NCBI GenBank assembly: GCA_039802865.1
Contig: JBDRXL010000005.1
Location: 6,099 to 70,098, forward strand
Origin: a candidate division WOR-3 bacterium
Lineage (GTDB): Bacteria; Hydrothermota; Hydrothermia; LBFQ01; DSFT01
Direction of reading: 5' to 3'
DNA: 64,000 bases
The first letter of the stretch is position 1. Each line of letters starts with the position of its first letter. Of this stretch, positions 48,565 through 58,655 are shown in pieces. A program made the position numbers and the translations under genes. The notes beneath the pieces were generated by a model. It saw only the letters and a list, made by a program, of their open reading frames with translations. It was not told the origin of the DNA and did no database searches.

Positions 48565-49820
48565 ATGAAAGCAATATATCTTTATTAAAAATTATTGAAA
48601 CTGAAAATAGTGTAATTGGAATTGGGAACAGATTAAATGAAAACAACATAGGAGAAATTGTAATTTTGAAATTTTCAAATGATGGTAATTTAATTTTTTC
48701 AAAATCCATATATTCAAACAAATACTTAATTTTTTCAGATGCGGTTTATAGAAATGGTAAAATTTATATAATTGGAACAATACCCATTGAAAATGAAGGA
48801 AATAACATCCTTTTTATATGCATTGATACAAATGCTAACATTCTCATTTCAAGATATTTTTCTGTAATTAACTATGAAAGCCCAAGTGCCATTACAATTC
48901 TCAATGATAAAATCTATATAATTGGAAATATGAATCCCTTAAATAATATCCCAAGGATGTTCTTTCTAATTACTGATACCCTTGGCATTCCAAAATTTTT
49001 AAAAATTGCTTACTTTCTTGTTAATTTTACTAATTTGAAAGGTTTTTTCATTGAAAACAATAACATTTATGTATATGGTGATTACTTTGATAATAAAAGA
49101 ATTCCATTTGTTTTTAAATTTGATAGTTTATTCAATTTGTTAGAAGGAAAGAAGTTTTCTTTAAATACGAACTTACCCATTTTAGGCTTTCAAAAAGTAA
49201 ATGATAGTATTTTCATATTATTTGATAAATACCTTCTAACATTAAGAAGCGATTGGAAAATTTTGAATATAAAAAGTCTTTCAAACTTAATCCCAAAATT
49301 TTTAAATTACTCTACCGTTCTTGAAATTTTTGGAATTTTCAATGACAAACCATTTTATTATGTTTTAGATAGACATTTTCCAATTTTAAAGTATGCAAAT
49401 ATATCATCAAACAATTTAAAATATGCCAAAAACTACATTTTATTTAATTCAACAACTGATTATTTATTCCCAAAAAATTTAACAAACTGCGATGTTTTTC
49501 AATATCAACTCTTTTACTTAAATGATATAAATTTAAACCTAACCGTAGAAAACTTCCCGATTACCTTAATCTCATTTTCTATTCCGTTTTCACAAGTAAG
49601 CTTATATATTAAAGATATAAATACTTCAATTTCATATATTTGTCCTACAAGTGCTATTAAAGATGAAAATTTTGAAGTTTCGTATGATAAATTTTATGAG
49701 GTTTATAAAATTGATGGAACATTTCTTGGAAAACTAAAACCAAAAAATCTAAAAAAGGGCATCTATATTTTAAAGGATGGGAAGAAATGTAAGAAGTTCT
49801 TCAAACTTCATTCCCCTTGA
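48528..49820 (+). CDS. Hypothetical exported protein with a minimal T9SS-like tail
   Basis: Propeller-like repeats (KFSNDGNLIF, IDTNANIL, TDTLG), C-terminus VYKIDGT..KKGIYILK. Confidence 0.5.
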   Translation: MLELLLGYFIKVNESNISLLKIIETENSVIGIGNRLNENNIGEIVILKFSNDGNLIFSKSIYSNKYLIFSDAVYRNGKIYIIGTIPIENEGNNILFICIDTNANILISRYFSVINYESPSAITILNDKIYIIGNMNPLNNIPRMFFLITDTLGIPKFLKIAYFLVNFTNLKGFFIENNNIYVYGDYFDNKRIPFVFKFDSLFNLLEGKKFSLNTNLPILGFQKVNDSIFILFDKYLLTLRSDWKILNIKSLSNLIPKFLNYSTVLEIFGIFNDKPFYYVLDRHFPILKYANISSNNLKYAKNYILFNSTTDYLFPKNLTNCDVFQYQLFYLNDINLNLTVENFPITLISFSIPFSQVSLYIKDINTSISYICPTSAIKDENFEVSYDKFYEVYKIDGTFLGKLKPKNLKKGIYILKDGKKCKKFFKLHSP

Positions 49821-51056
49821 AGCTTTCAATATAATCCTATCATTTGGCTTTAAATAAATTTTTAAAAATTCAATTGCTTTTTCCTTCTCTTTAAAATAAT
49901 AACATTCAACTTTATCTTTTAATTCTTCATAAGTATATCTTACAAAATTTCCAATAAGTATTATTCTATTATGCCCTAAGTTTAGAATGTATTTTGCAAT
50001 TTCCCTATGATAAAATTCAGAAAATTCACCAAGTTCAAGCATATCACCAATTATAAAAACATTTCTCTTACTTGGTCTTATTGAATATAAAAGGGCTTTC
50101 ACGGATAAAGGATTTGAATTATAAGCATCATTTATAACTTCAAACTTTTCAAAATTTAGAATTTCCATTCTCATTGTTTCTGATTTAAAATTTTTTAAGA
50201 ATTTATAAGGCTCTTTGATATTAAAAAATTTACAAACTTCAAAAACTCCAATTGCATTCTCAAACCATCCATAATTTAAAAAATCAATATATTCTGAATT
50301 AAAGAAAACCCTTATTCCAATTTCAAGCAATTCAACTTTATAATTTTTCGTATCAAATGTAAAAATTTCTCTATCATTTGTAAAATTTTTAAAATTTTCA
50401 TAATCTTCTTTTCTCATAAATCCAACTTTTGCATATTTAAAAACACTTAATTCTTCTTTTGCTATTTCTTCAATACTTCCAAAAAATTCAATATGCTCTG
50501 GACCTATATTTGTAATTATAGCATAATCAGGTTTTGAAAGTTTAGATAAACTTTCAATTTCTCCTTTATGATTTGTCCCAATTTCAAGAATTAAAAAATC
50601 ATAATAATTTGGCGTATTTAAAATTGTTAAGGGAACACCAATATGGTTATTAAAGCTTTTTGGACTTTTATAAGTTTTATAAAAATTTGAAAAAATTTTA
50701 TATAGCATTTCCTTAGTTGTAGTCTTTCCAGATGCTCCAAGAACCGCTATTACCTTTATATCTTTTAAATAATTTTCTCTATAAAATTTTGCAAGTTTTA
50801 ATAAAGCAAATAATGTATCTTCAACTTTAATAATTTGCTTTAAATTTTTTTTAAAATTATTTGAAACAACAGCTCCAACAGCTCCTTTATTTAATGCATC
50901 TTCTACAAAATCTTCACCATTAAAATTCTTACCCCTTAATGCAATAAATAATTCCCCTTCTTTTATAGTCCTACTATCTGTTGAAAAACCCTTTATTTCA
51001 TTATCTTCTCCATCTAATTTTGCATTTAATATATTAGCAACTTCACTAAGCTTCAT
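49770..51056 (-). CDS. murF: UDP-N-acetylmuramoyl-tripeptide--D-Ala-D-Ala ligase
   Basis: STDSR, GASGKTTTK, NNHIGVPLT, EIGTNH, DAYNSNP, GDMLELG, KASRG. Confidence 0.95.
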   Translation of the reverse strand: MKLSEVANILNAKLDGEDNEIKGFSTDSRTIKEGELFIALRGKNFNGEDFVEDALNKGAVGAVVSNNFKKNLKQIIKVEDTLFALLKLAKFYRENYLKDIKVIAVLGASGKTTTKEMLYKIFSNFYKTYKSPKSFNNHIGVPLTILNTPNYYDFLILEIGTNHKGEIESLSKLSKPDYAIITNIGPEHIEFFGSIEEIAKEELSVFKYAKVGFMRKEDYENFKNFTNDREIFTFDTKNYKVELLEIGIRVFFNSEYIDFLNYGWFENAIGVFEVCKFFNIKEPYKFLKNFKSETMRMEILNFEKFEVINDAYNSNPLSVKALLYSIRPSKRNVFIIGDMLELGEFSEFYHREIAKYILNLGHNRIILIGNFVRYTYEELKDKVECYYFKEKEKAIEFLKIYLKPNDRIILKASRGMKFEELLTFLPIL

Positions 51057-51698
51057 TTATTCTTCTATATGTGCTACAATGTTTATAAAGAAGAATATAA
51101 AACAGAAAAAGAAATGAGCTAATTCTTTAAAATTAATAAGATATAACGGGTCTCCAATAAAGAAAAATGCAAATGCTAAAAATCCTATAAACCATCTTTT
51201 TCCCAAATCACTTCCAAGATACATCAAAACATTAGCAAGAAGAATAGCAAAGTTCATGTTTAATACAAAAATATACAAGTAGGTTAGAAAATTTTTATTC
51301 TCAATAATTAAAGAAAATAAAAAGCTTAAAATAATAACAGTAGCAACAAGTAATAACCATAACATTGCCTTCATTTTGACTAAGCTCAATCCTTGTCTTC
51401 TAAGTCCTGAAAACATAAATAAAAGTGTAATAAAGAGATAAAATCTTGATATAAGATGTAAGATATCTGAATTTAAAAGTGATGCCAATGGAAATATAAG
51501 ACCATTCAAACTTAAAAGCACCCAAAATCTTCCTCTTAAATTATCAAGACCAATTATTAAAGCTTTTCTTAAACCAGAAATAAGAAACAAAAAACCAATT
51601 ATAATAAAAACTATTCTTGTAAGTTCAGGTTTGAAGAATAAGGACCAAAAAGCAAAGCCTAAAAGTATAAAGTTTAATATCCTCAATATCCAAATCAT
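51057..51698 (-). CDS. Hypothetical integral membrane protein
   Basis: 213 aa with 6-7 hydrophobic segments. Confidence 0.65.
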   Translation of the reverse strand: MIWILRILNFILLGFAFWSLFFKPELTRIVFIIIGFLFLISGLRKALIIGLDNLRGRFWVLLSLNGLIFPLASLLNSDILHLISRFYLFITLLFMFSGLRRQGLSLVKMKAMLWLLLVATVIILSFLFSLIIENKNFLTYLYIFVLNMNFAILLANVLMYLGSDLGKRWFIGFLAFAFFFIGDPLYLINFKELAHFFFCFIFFFINIVAHIEE

Positions 51699-51724
51699 AT
51701 GAAAATTTTAAAGCTAATTTTAAT

Positions 51725-52015
51725 CCTCTAAAGAAGAAAAGAATACTCAAAAAGAAATAAGATAAAGGATCAGCAATAAAGAAAAATGAAAATCAGGGCA
51801 AAATTCATATTTAAAGAAACAAGAAAAAGATAGGTTGTAAGAAAATAGAATAATTCCTAAAATCCATATCCTTGCTTCAATGTTCCCAAAAACATAAACA
51901 ATAAGAAAAGCAGCGGTAGGAAACTATCAAGACCAAAAAAATTTTCTTAAAGCGGAGATTCTAAGCAATATGGTAAATCTGGTTTATTGATTATAGAATA
52001 AAAGGCAAATCCAAG
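51725..52015 (-). pseudogene. Eroded paralog of the adjacent membrane-protein gene
   Basis: Collinear fragments LGFAFYSIINKPDL, ISALRK, GLD, YLFLVSLNMNFA, FFFIADPL match LGFAFWSLFFKPEL, ISGLRK, GLD, YLYIFVLNMNFA, FFFIGDPL. Confidence 0.75.
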
Positions 52016-52018
52016 ATT

Positions 52019-53098
52019 TTAAAGTTTAGAACTTAAACTTTTAATAACTTCTATTAAAACCTCATAAGGAGCATTTGTTTTAATACCATATGGATTAATA
52101 TGAGTTTCGCTTGCTAAATAACCTCTCTTTTTTAAAGCTTTTATAATTCTTCTTCTTGGTGGAGGACTTAATGATATAATATCGCAAAGTTCTTGATAAT
52201 CATAATATAATGGAATTTCTTCTTCTTTCATAATTTTTTCAAGAAATTTCCTTAAATTTTCTAAATCACTTGAATTTTCAATTAGTTTGACAACATATTC
52301 TTTATTATGAAGACTTCCAAGATATATAGGACCACATATTAAACCATCTCCTTCAATTTTATTATTTTCAAATAGTTTATATTCTTTTGTTTGGGGATTA
52401 TATAAGACATAACCGAATTTATCAAAGTTTGCATTCTCAACACCTTTTTTAAGCCTTAAAGCAATTCTCCAAGCATAACCATCATAAAGACTTATAACTG
52501 GTTCAAAATGCATATTTAAATTCCCAGCGCATTTCATAAATTGGCTAATCACAACTCTCATACCGAGCTCATGACAAAACTTTGAATTTATTGTATGAAC
52601 CCCGTAATTTCTAATACTTGCAGTCTGCTTTAAACCACACAATGTAAATCCATCTGTTGAAGTTAAATAAACTAATCCCTCAATTTTTAAAGCCATAATT
52701 ACACTAAAAACAAATTCAGAAGGAGAGCCAAAACTATCTAAATCTATAAAATCAAACCTATTTTCATTTAATGCATTTTCTAATAAAACTTTTTTAGCTT
52801 CCTTATTTGTTATTATAATATCAGGTATGTTATTTAATTTTAAGTTTTCTTTTAAAACTTCAATAGCTTCTTCGTTTGCTTCATTTGCCCATATATTATT
52901 AATTCCCGCTTCCTTATAATACCTAACAGTTCTAAAACCAATTCCAGCCATACATTCCAATACCTTTATATCTCCTTTTAATTGTTTTTCCACTCTTAAA
53001 AGTGCAACTCCAAGTTCCCTTGAAACAATTCCTTTCGGATTATAAAATAATCCCTTTTTTTCAGGCTTTAAGAAAATACAACTACCTTCTTTTATCAT
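52019..53098 (-). CDS. trm1: Trm1-family tRNA (guanine-N2)-dimethyltransferase
   Basis: FYNP..IVSRELG, ECMAGIGFRTVRY, DLDSFGSP, LTSTDG, HELGMR, ETH..P.GIKTNAP. Confidence 0.8.
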   Translation of the reverse strand: MIKEGSCIFLKPEKKGLFYNPKGIVSRELGVALLRVEKQLKGDIKVLECMAGIGFRTVRYYKEAGINNIWANEANEEAIEVLKENLKLNNIPDIIITNKEAKKVLLENALNENRFDFIDLDSFGSPSEFVFSVIMALKIEGLVYLTSTDGFTLCGLKQTASIRNYGVHTINSKFCHELGMRVVISQFMKCAGNLNMHFEPVISLYDGYAWRIALRLKKGVENANFDKFGYVLYNPQTKEYKLFENNKIEGDGLICGPIYLGSLHNKEYVVKLIENSSDLENLRKFLEKIMKEEEIPLYYDYQELCDIISLSPPPRRRIIKALKKRGYLASETHINPYGIKTNAPYEVLIEVIKSLSSKL

Positions 53099-53142
53099 AG
53101 ATAAAATTTTAAAGTGTAAATGAAAAAACTATAAAATTTTAT

Positions 53143-54294
53143 ATGTTTAAGAAAATTTTTATTCTTTGCCTTCTAATATATATTTTAAATTTCATTTTTA
53201 GAATAATTTTCTTTAAATGGGCAATTGTATATAATGATTCACTTGGTGGTTCAAATATGGATGCATTATTTTGGACTTCAAAAGATGTTTATTCTCTTTC
53301 TCCTTTATGGTATTTTTTGGTAAAAATTATTGGTAGTAATTTTAAGTTATTGTGGATTATAAATTTTATTTCTACTTTAATAAGTATTTGGCTTATGTAT
53401 TTGATTTTAAATTATTTTAATTTTTCACAATTTACAAAATCAATAATTTTATTATCAAGTGTATTATCACCCTATATTTTGTTTTCAAGTTTAAAAGTTA
53501 GACCAGATACTATGGCTATGTTATTATCAATATTATCTTTATATCTTGCTTTAAAAAACAAACCAATTTTAAGCGGTATTTCTTATGGTTTTTCTATATT
53601 TGGATTTAAAATTCAATTTGTAGTTTGGTTATTTATTCTTTTATTTACAAATAGAAAAAATATTTTAAAATTTATTTTTAGCTTTGGACTTTTATTTATT
53701 GTTTATTATTTCTTTCTTCTTGATTTTGAAAAACTAACATTTTTTAAAAGTTTTGGTAGTAATGTTAGTCCATTACTTGATATTCATAAAAATATAACTT
53801 ATCAAACGCCTTATTCAATTTTAGGTTTCTTTTCACAACTCGGATTTTTATATATTCTTGGTTTTTTATTACCCCTTTTCAATTATGCCCTTATTCTTCC
53901 ACCATTTCCTTTAAGAAGCTTATATTCAAACTTCATATTGAATCTATCTTCTGGATTTTTAATTGAAAAGTCAAAAAATTTTAAAATTATGAGTATTTTA
54001 CTTTTTTCAATCCAACTTATCATTTTAGTTTATAAATTTGCTTTGGATATTAGAGGATTAATAATTGAGAATAAGTTTTATCAAAAAATTTATGAGCTTA
54101 AATATGTTTGTGCAAACGAATTTCCTGCCCATCTTTATGTTCTTAAAAAAGAACCAATTGAATGTAAATACTATATTATTTCTGATGGCTCACTTCACAA
54201 ATCAGAAATTTTAAATTTAGAAAATTATAAAATAATTTATAAGGTGGAAGATGCTTTTTCAATTAAAAATTTTATAAAATCACGCCTCTTCTAA
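53143..54294 (+). CDS. Membrane protein, GT-C-like glycosyltransferase (tentative)
   Basis: Many TM segments, SPLWYFL, VRPDTMAMLL, FKIQF. Confidence 0.5.
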   Translation: MFKKIFILCLLIYILNFIFRIIFFKWAIVYNDSLGGSNMDALFWTSKDVYSLSPLWYFLVKIIGSNFKLLWIINFISTLISIWLMYLILNYFNFSQFTKSIILLSSVLSPYILFSSLKVRPDTMAMLLSILSLYLALKNKPILSGISYGFSIFGFKIQFVVWLFILLFTNRKNILKFIFSFGLLFIVYYFFLLDFEKLTFFKSFGSNVSPLLDIHKNITYQTPYSILGFFSQLGFLYILGFLLPLFNYALILPPFPLRSLYSNFILNLSSGFLIEKSKNFKIMSILLFSIQLIILVYKFALDIRGLIIENKFYQKIYELKYVCANEFPAHLYVLKKEPIECKYYIISDGSLHKSEILNLENYKIIYKVEDAFSIKNFIKSRLF

Positions 54295-55368
54295 TTCATC
54301 TGATATAATAATAGGATTATTTCTATATTTTGGAATAGTAATTTCTCCTTTTTGAGGTTGATAACTTACTCTTGTTCCCAATTCCATACCGGCTGCAATT
54401 AATATAATTCTAATTTCATCATTTAAGCTATCATCAAATGTAAAACCAAATATAATTTCAACATCAGTTCTACCTCTTGAAGCAGCATTAAATACTCCAT
54501 TTAATATATAATTTACTTCTTCTGTTTTTATAGAATATTCACTATTTTCGGGGCTTGAATGGATGTTTAATAATATACCTTTTGCTCCTTGTATGCTTTT
54601 TACACTATCTATAAGTGGATTTTCAAGTGCTTTTTTAAGAGCTTCTTCCGCTCTTCTCTCACCCCTTCCTATGCCTTCCGATACAATTGCATATCCACTA
54701 TTTTTTAGAATAGTTCTGACATCTTCCAAATCAACATTTATATAACTTGGCTTTGTTATAATATCAACGATTGCTCTAACAGTTTTATATAACACTTCAT
54801 CTGCAAGAGATAATGCTTGAGCAAATTTTAATTCCTTCCTTTTTATAATCTCATCATTTGAAATTACAATCAAGGAATCAACATTTTGGGAAAGTTCAGA
54901 TATACCTTTTAGAGCTTTCTTCATTTTACTTGGACCTTCACTTGTAAATGGTTTTGTAACAACACCAATTGTTAATTTATCCAATTCTTTCGCAACTCTT
55001 GCAATAACAGGAGAAGCTCCTGTACCTGTTCCTCCACCCATACCCGCTGATATTATAACAACATCAACATCTCTTAGTAATTCCTTTATTTCATTAATAC
55101 TTTCTTCTGCTGCCTTTTTCCCAATTTCAGGATTAGCTCCCGCTCCCCTCCCCTTTGTAAGATTCCTTCCAAGGGCTAACTTGTATTCAGCAAGAGAATT
55201 TTCAAGATGTTGTATATCTGTATTAGCAGCAATAGTAATTACACCTTCTATATTTTTCCTTACCATATAATTTAAAGCATTAGTGCCACCTCCACCAACA
55301 CCAATAACCGCTATCCTTACATCCTGTCCCTCATGTGGATAATATATCTCTGGGAACTCCTCTCTCAT
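54280..55368 (-). CDS. ftsZ: Cell division protein FtsZ
   Basis: GVGGGGTN, NTD, GAGANPE, GMGGGTGTG, NVDLED; SD aaggaggtg. Confidence 0.97.
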   Translation of the reverse strand: MREEFPEIYYPHEGQDVRIAVIGVGGGGTNALNYMVRKNIEGVITIAANTDIQHLENSLAEYKLALGRNLTKGRGAGANPEIGKKAAEESINEIKELLRDVDVVIISAGMGGGTGTGASPVIARVAKELDKLTIGVVTKPFTSEGPSKMKKALKGISELSQNVDSLIVISNDEIIKRKELKFAQALSLADEVLYKTVRAIVDIITKPSYINVDLEDVRTILKNSGYAIVSEGIGRGERRAEEALKKALENPLIDSVKSIQGAKGILLNIHSSPENSEYSIKTEEVNYILNGVFNAASRGRTDVEIIFGFTFDDSLNDEIRIILIAAGMELGTRVSYQPQKGEITIPKYRNNPIIISDELEEA

Positions 55369-55380
55369 ACTTTCACCTCC

Positions 55381-56613
55381 TTATTCCATCATTTCCTTTA
55401 ATTTACTAAAAAGCCTTGATAAAAAACTTTTATTATTTTCCACTTTACTAATTTTATCTTTTGGACTTTCAAAGTATAATTTTATTAATCCTGCTAAGGT
55501 TATATACCTAGGACTTAAATAACTCTTATCATTTACTTTAAGGGAAATTTTGCCTATATATACTGGTAAGTTAAATATATTTTCTGCAATTTGTTCAATT
55601 CCTTTAATCTCAGCAATACCTCCTGTTAAATATATACTTGGTGTTGGAACACTTTTTAGAAATCCTGTTTTTTCAATATCACTTTGTATTCTTGTAAAAA
55701 TGGCTGAAATAACATCTAATATAATGCTTGAAATCCTACGAGAGCTTAATCTTACTACTTGATTTTTTCTTTCATCCATAATTTCAATTTCTAAGTCCTC
55801 ATAATCTAATTGATACATATTTGGTATATTTATAGATTTTAAAACATTTTCACAAGTCTTCTTAGAAATCAATGTATCTCTTGAAATCTCATCAATTACA
55901 GAACTAAGTCCTTGCTCATAAACCGCCAAATAATTTAAAGCATCACCATTCCATAATGTTAAAGTTGTAAGTTGTTTTCCAATATCAATTATAATAACTC
56001 CTTCTGAATGCTCATCTTCATCTAAAAAACCATACTTTTGAGCAATAGCATTTAAATATATTTGAGCATCTGAAATTCCCGCACTATTTAAAACCATCTT
56101 TATATTTTTAAGCATTAAAATTTCAACACTTACAATATATGCTTCTACTTCAAGTCTTCTTCCAAACATTCCTATGGGATTTTTTATATTTTTATGATTA
56201 TCAACAATAAAGCTATTTGGATGAACATAAATTATTTCATGCTCACTTGGAATAACCGCTCCCACTTTTGCTTGTTCAATAACCCTCTTAATATCATTTT
56301 CATCTATGGGTTTATTATTCCTTATAGATATCATACCATTTGAACTCTTTGCAGTAAATATACCTTTTCCATTTATACCAACAACAACGGGAAGATATTC
56401 AAACTTTTCAAAATTTGTAATCCTATTTAAGTTTTCAATGGCACTTCTAATACTTTCAGAAGCCTTTTGAGTATTATTAATCAATCCATATCTTATACCA
56501 TAAGATGGAACTTCACTTATTGCTAAAATTTCAATCTCATTATTTGAATAAAAACCAAGACCCGCCTTTATATAACCAGAACCTAAATCTATTGCAATTA
56601 CATAATCTTTCAT
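55381..56613 (-). CDS. ftsA: Cell division protein FtsA
   Basis: IDLGSG, NPIGMFG.RLE, IDIGKQ.T, LTGGIAE; adjacent to ftsZ. Confidence 0.9.
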   Translation of the reverse strand: MKDYVIAIDLGSGYIKAGLGFYSNNEIEILAISEVPSYGIRYGLINNTQKASESIRSAIENLNRITNFEKFEYLPVVVGINGKGIFTAKSSNGMISIRNNKPIDENDIKRVIEQAKVGAVIPSEHEIIYVHPNSFIVDNHKNIKNPIGMFGRRLEVEAYIVSVEILMLKNIKMVLNSAGISDAQIYLNAIAQKYGFLDEDEHSEGVIIIDIGKQLTTLTLWNGDALNYLAVYEQGLSSVIDEISRDTLISKKTCENVLKSINIPNMYQLDYEDLEIEIMDERKNQVVRLSSRRISSIILDVISAIFTRIQSDIEKTGFLKSVPTPSIYLTGGIAEIKGIEQIAENIFNLPVYIGKISLKVNDKSYLSPRYITLAGLIKLYFESPKDKISKVENNKSFLSRLFSKLKEMME

Positions 56614-57464
56614 CTTATAACTACAACCTCCTCTTCAAGCATTATCCCATATTCCTCATAAACTCTCTTTCTCGCAATTTCCATTAATTTTAAAACATCT
56701 TCTGCCTTTCCATCTCCTAAATTTATAAAGAAATTTGCATGTTTTTCTGATATTATAACATCACCTACTCTATAACCTTTAAGACCAACACTTTCAATAA
56801 GCTTTCCAGCACTCATATTATTTGGATTTTTGAACATACATCCCGCAGTTTGAACACCATATGGCTGTGTTCTTTTCCTTCTTTCAGAAAACTCTAATCT
56901 CCTCTTTCTTATTATGTCAGGATTATCTTTTTTTAATTTAAATTGTGCCTTATATAAAATACCATATTTAAGCAAATCTGATTCCCTATATCTTAAATTA
57001 AGCTCTTCATTTTTAAGCTCTAATAATTCTCCATCCCAACTAACTACAAAAGCTTTTAATAATAAGTCCTTAATTTCAATACCATAAGCTCCTGCATTTT
57101 TACAAACAGAACCTCCAATTTTCCCAGGAATTCCATATAAATATTCAAAACCACTCAATCCTAAATTTTCAAGATATATTGCAATTTTTGCAAGTCCCTC
57201 TCCAGCCATAATCTCAACAACATCTTCATCTATAATATCAATTCCCTTCATTTTATCTAACTTTATAACTATTGCATTTATTTCATAATCTGGAAAAATA
57301 ATATCAGAACCATTTGTAATTGGTATAATTTTTAGATCTTTATCTTTTGCTAATTTGACAATATAAATGATATCTTCAATACTTTCTGGTTGTGCAAAAT
57401 ACTTGACATATCCGCCAATTTTAAACGTTGTATGATTTTTTATTAAAACTTTTTCAAAAAGCAT
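56610..57464 (-). CDS. murB: UDP-N-acetylenolpyruvoylglucosamine reductase
   Basis: HTTFKIGG, IPG.IGG...NAGAYG, YRES, AGCMFKNP, HANFFIN. Confidence 0.95.
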   Translation of the reverse strand: MLFEKVLIKNHTTFKIGGYVKYFAQPESIEDIIYIVKLAKDKDLKIIPITNGSDIIFPDYEINAIVIKLDKMKGIDIIDEDVVEIMAGEGLAKIAIYLENLGLSGFEYLYGIPGKIGGSVCKNAGAYGIEIKDLLLKAFVVSWDGELLELKNEELNLRYRESDLLKYGILYKAQFKLKKDNPDIIRKRRLEFSERRKRTQPYGVQTAGCMFKNPNNMSAGKLIESVGLKGYRVGDVIISEKHANFFINLGDGKAEDVLKLMEIARKRVYEEYGIMLEEEVVVIR

Positions 57465-57516
57465 TTCCAAATTTTAAAGTATAGAAAAAACTCAATCAAG
57501 TAGATAATTTAAAAAT

Positions 57517-57611
57517 TTTAAATTTAATTTGACTAATTAAGATAATGTAGGTATGAAGTTTATTTTAGAATTTAAATTTAATTTGACTAATTAAAGTGAT
57601 TTTAATTTGAC
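57517..57611 (+). repeat. Intergenic direct repeats
   Basis: tttaaatttaatttgactaattaa at 57517-57540 and 57571-57594; partial third copy tttaatttgac at 57601-57611. Confidence 0.75.
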
Positions 57612-57731
57612 AATTTATATAAGTTATTGTTTATGAATAACTTAAAAAATTACTCATTTTATAATTTGCCAACTTAAAGGGTTTGTTAAATGAAATTAAC
57701 AATTAAAATTTTAAAGTTTAAAATTTTGCAT

Positions 57732-58646
57732 TTGAAAAAGGCTTTAATTATTAGACTTGGGCAACTTGGTGATGTTATTCTTACTACAAGTGTAATAGAA
57801 GAACTATATGAAAGGAACTATGAAATTCATTATTTAACAAGAAAACCCTTTAATGAGATATTTGCAGATGATTTTAGAGTTAAAAAAGTTTTTATTGATA
57901 AGGAAGTTAAATTATCAGAGCTATTAAAAGAGAAATATAGTCTTATTTTGGACCTGCACTTTAAATTTAAAACTTTTCTTCTTTCAAAAATAATTTCTCC
58001 ATTTCATTCAAAACATTATAATAAGAGAATTTTGGAAAGAAGGCTTACACTTATTTTTAAAAAAAATTTTAATAATAAGAGGATTTATGAAATGTATAAT
58101 GAAACAATTAATTCAAATAAAAAACCAAAGCTTATTGTAAAAGGAGAACCTATTATTGAAGGTGATTATATTGTTATAAATCCAACTGCAAGATATAGCT
58201 CAAGAATTTATAGACATTATGATAAGCTTGATAAACTCCTTGAAAATATACCTATAAAAAAAGTTTATATAGGGACAGAAAAGGATTTACACTTTTTAAA
58301 AAATTATGAATTTTCAGGTATTAATTTAATTGGGAAAACAACTATAAGGGAAATGTTATTGATAGTAAAGTATGCAAAATTGTTTGTTGGAAATGATAGT
58401 GGAATTAGTCATATAGCAAGCGCATTTAATATACCTTCTATTGTATTTTTTGGTCCTACTGTTTTAAGTTTTGGTTTTGAACCATTTTCAGATAAATATA
58501 AAGTTTTTCAAGTAAATGATTTACCTTGTCGGCCTTGCTCACTTCATGGTGAAAAACCTTGTAAAAGGAATGATTATGCTTGTCTTGATTGGATAGAACC
58601 AGAAATTGTATTTGAAAAAATTTTAGAATTTCTTTCATTGCTTTAA
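57732..58646 (+). CDS. Glycosyltransferase family 9 (heptosyltransferase-like)
   Basis: IRLGQLGDVIL, DLH, GNDSG..HIA, FFGPT, CRPCS.HG..C; TTG 57732 lies 7 nt after TAAAAT. Confidence 0.88.
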   Translation: MKKALIIRLGQLGDVILTTSVIEELYERNYEIHYLTRKPFNEIFADDFRVKKVFIDKEVKLSELLKEKYSLILDLHFKFKTFLLSKIISPFHSKHYNKRILERRLTLIFKKNFNNKRIYEMYNETINSNKKPKLIVKGEPIIEGDYIVINPTARYSSRIYRHYDKLDKLLENIPIKKVYIGTEKDLHFLKNYEFSGINLIGKTTIREMLLIVKYAKLFVGNDSGISHIASAFNIPSIVFFGPTVLSFGFEPFSDKYKVFQVNDLPCRPCSLHGEKPCKRNDYACLDWIEPEIVFEKILEFLSLL

Positions 58647-58655
58647 ACTTTTGAA

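Noticed and set aside
41896-54294. Convergent 3' overlaps (41896-41936, 49770-49820, 54280-54294)
   Set aside because: Short tail overlaps are common in compact AT-rich genomes; nothing indicates a specific antisense system.
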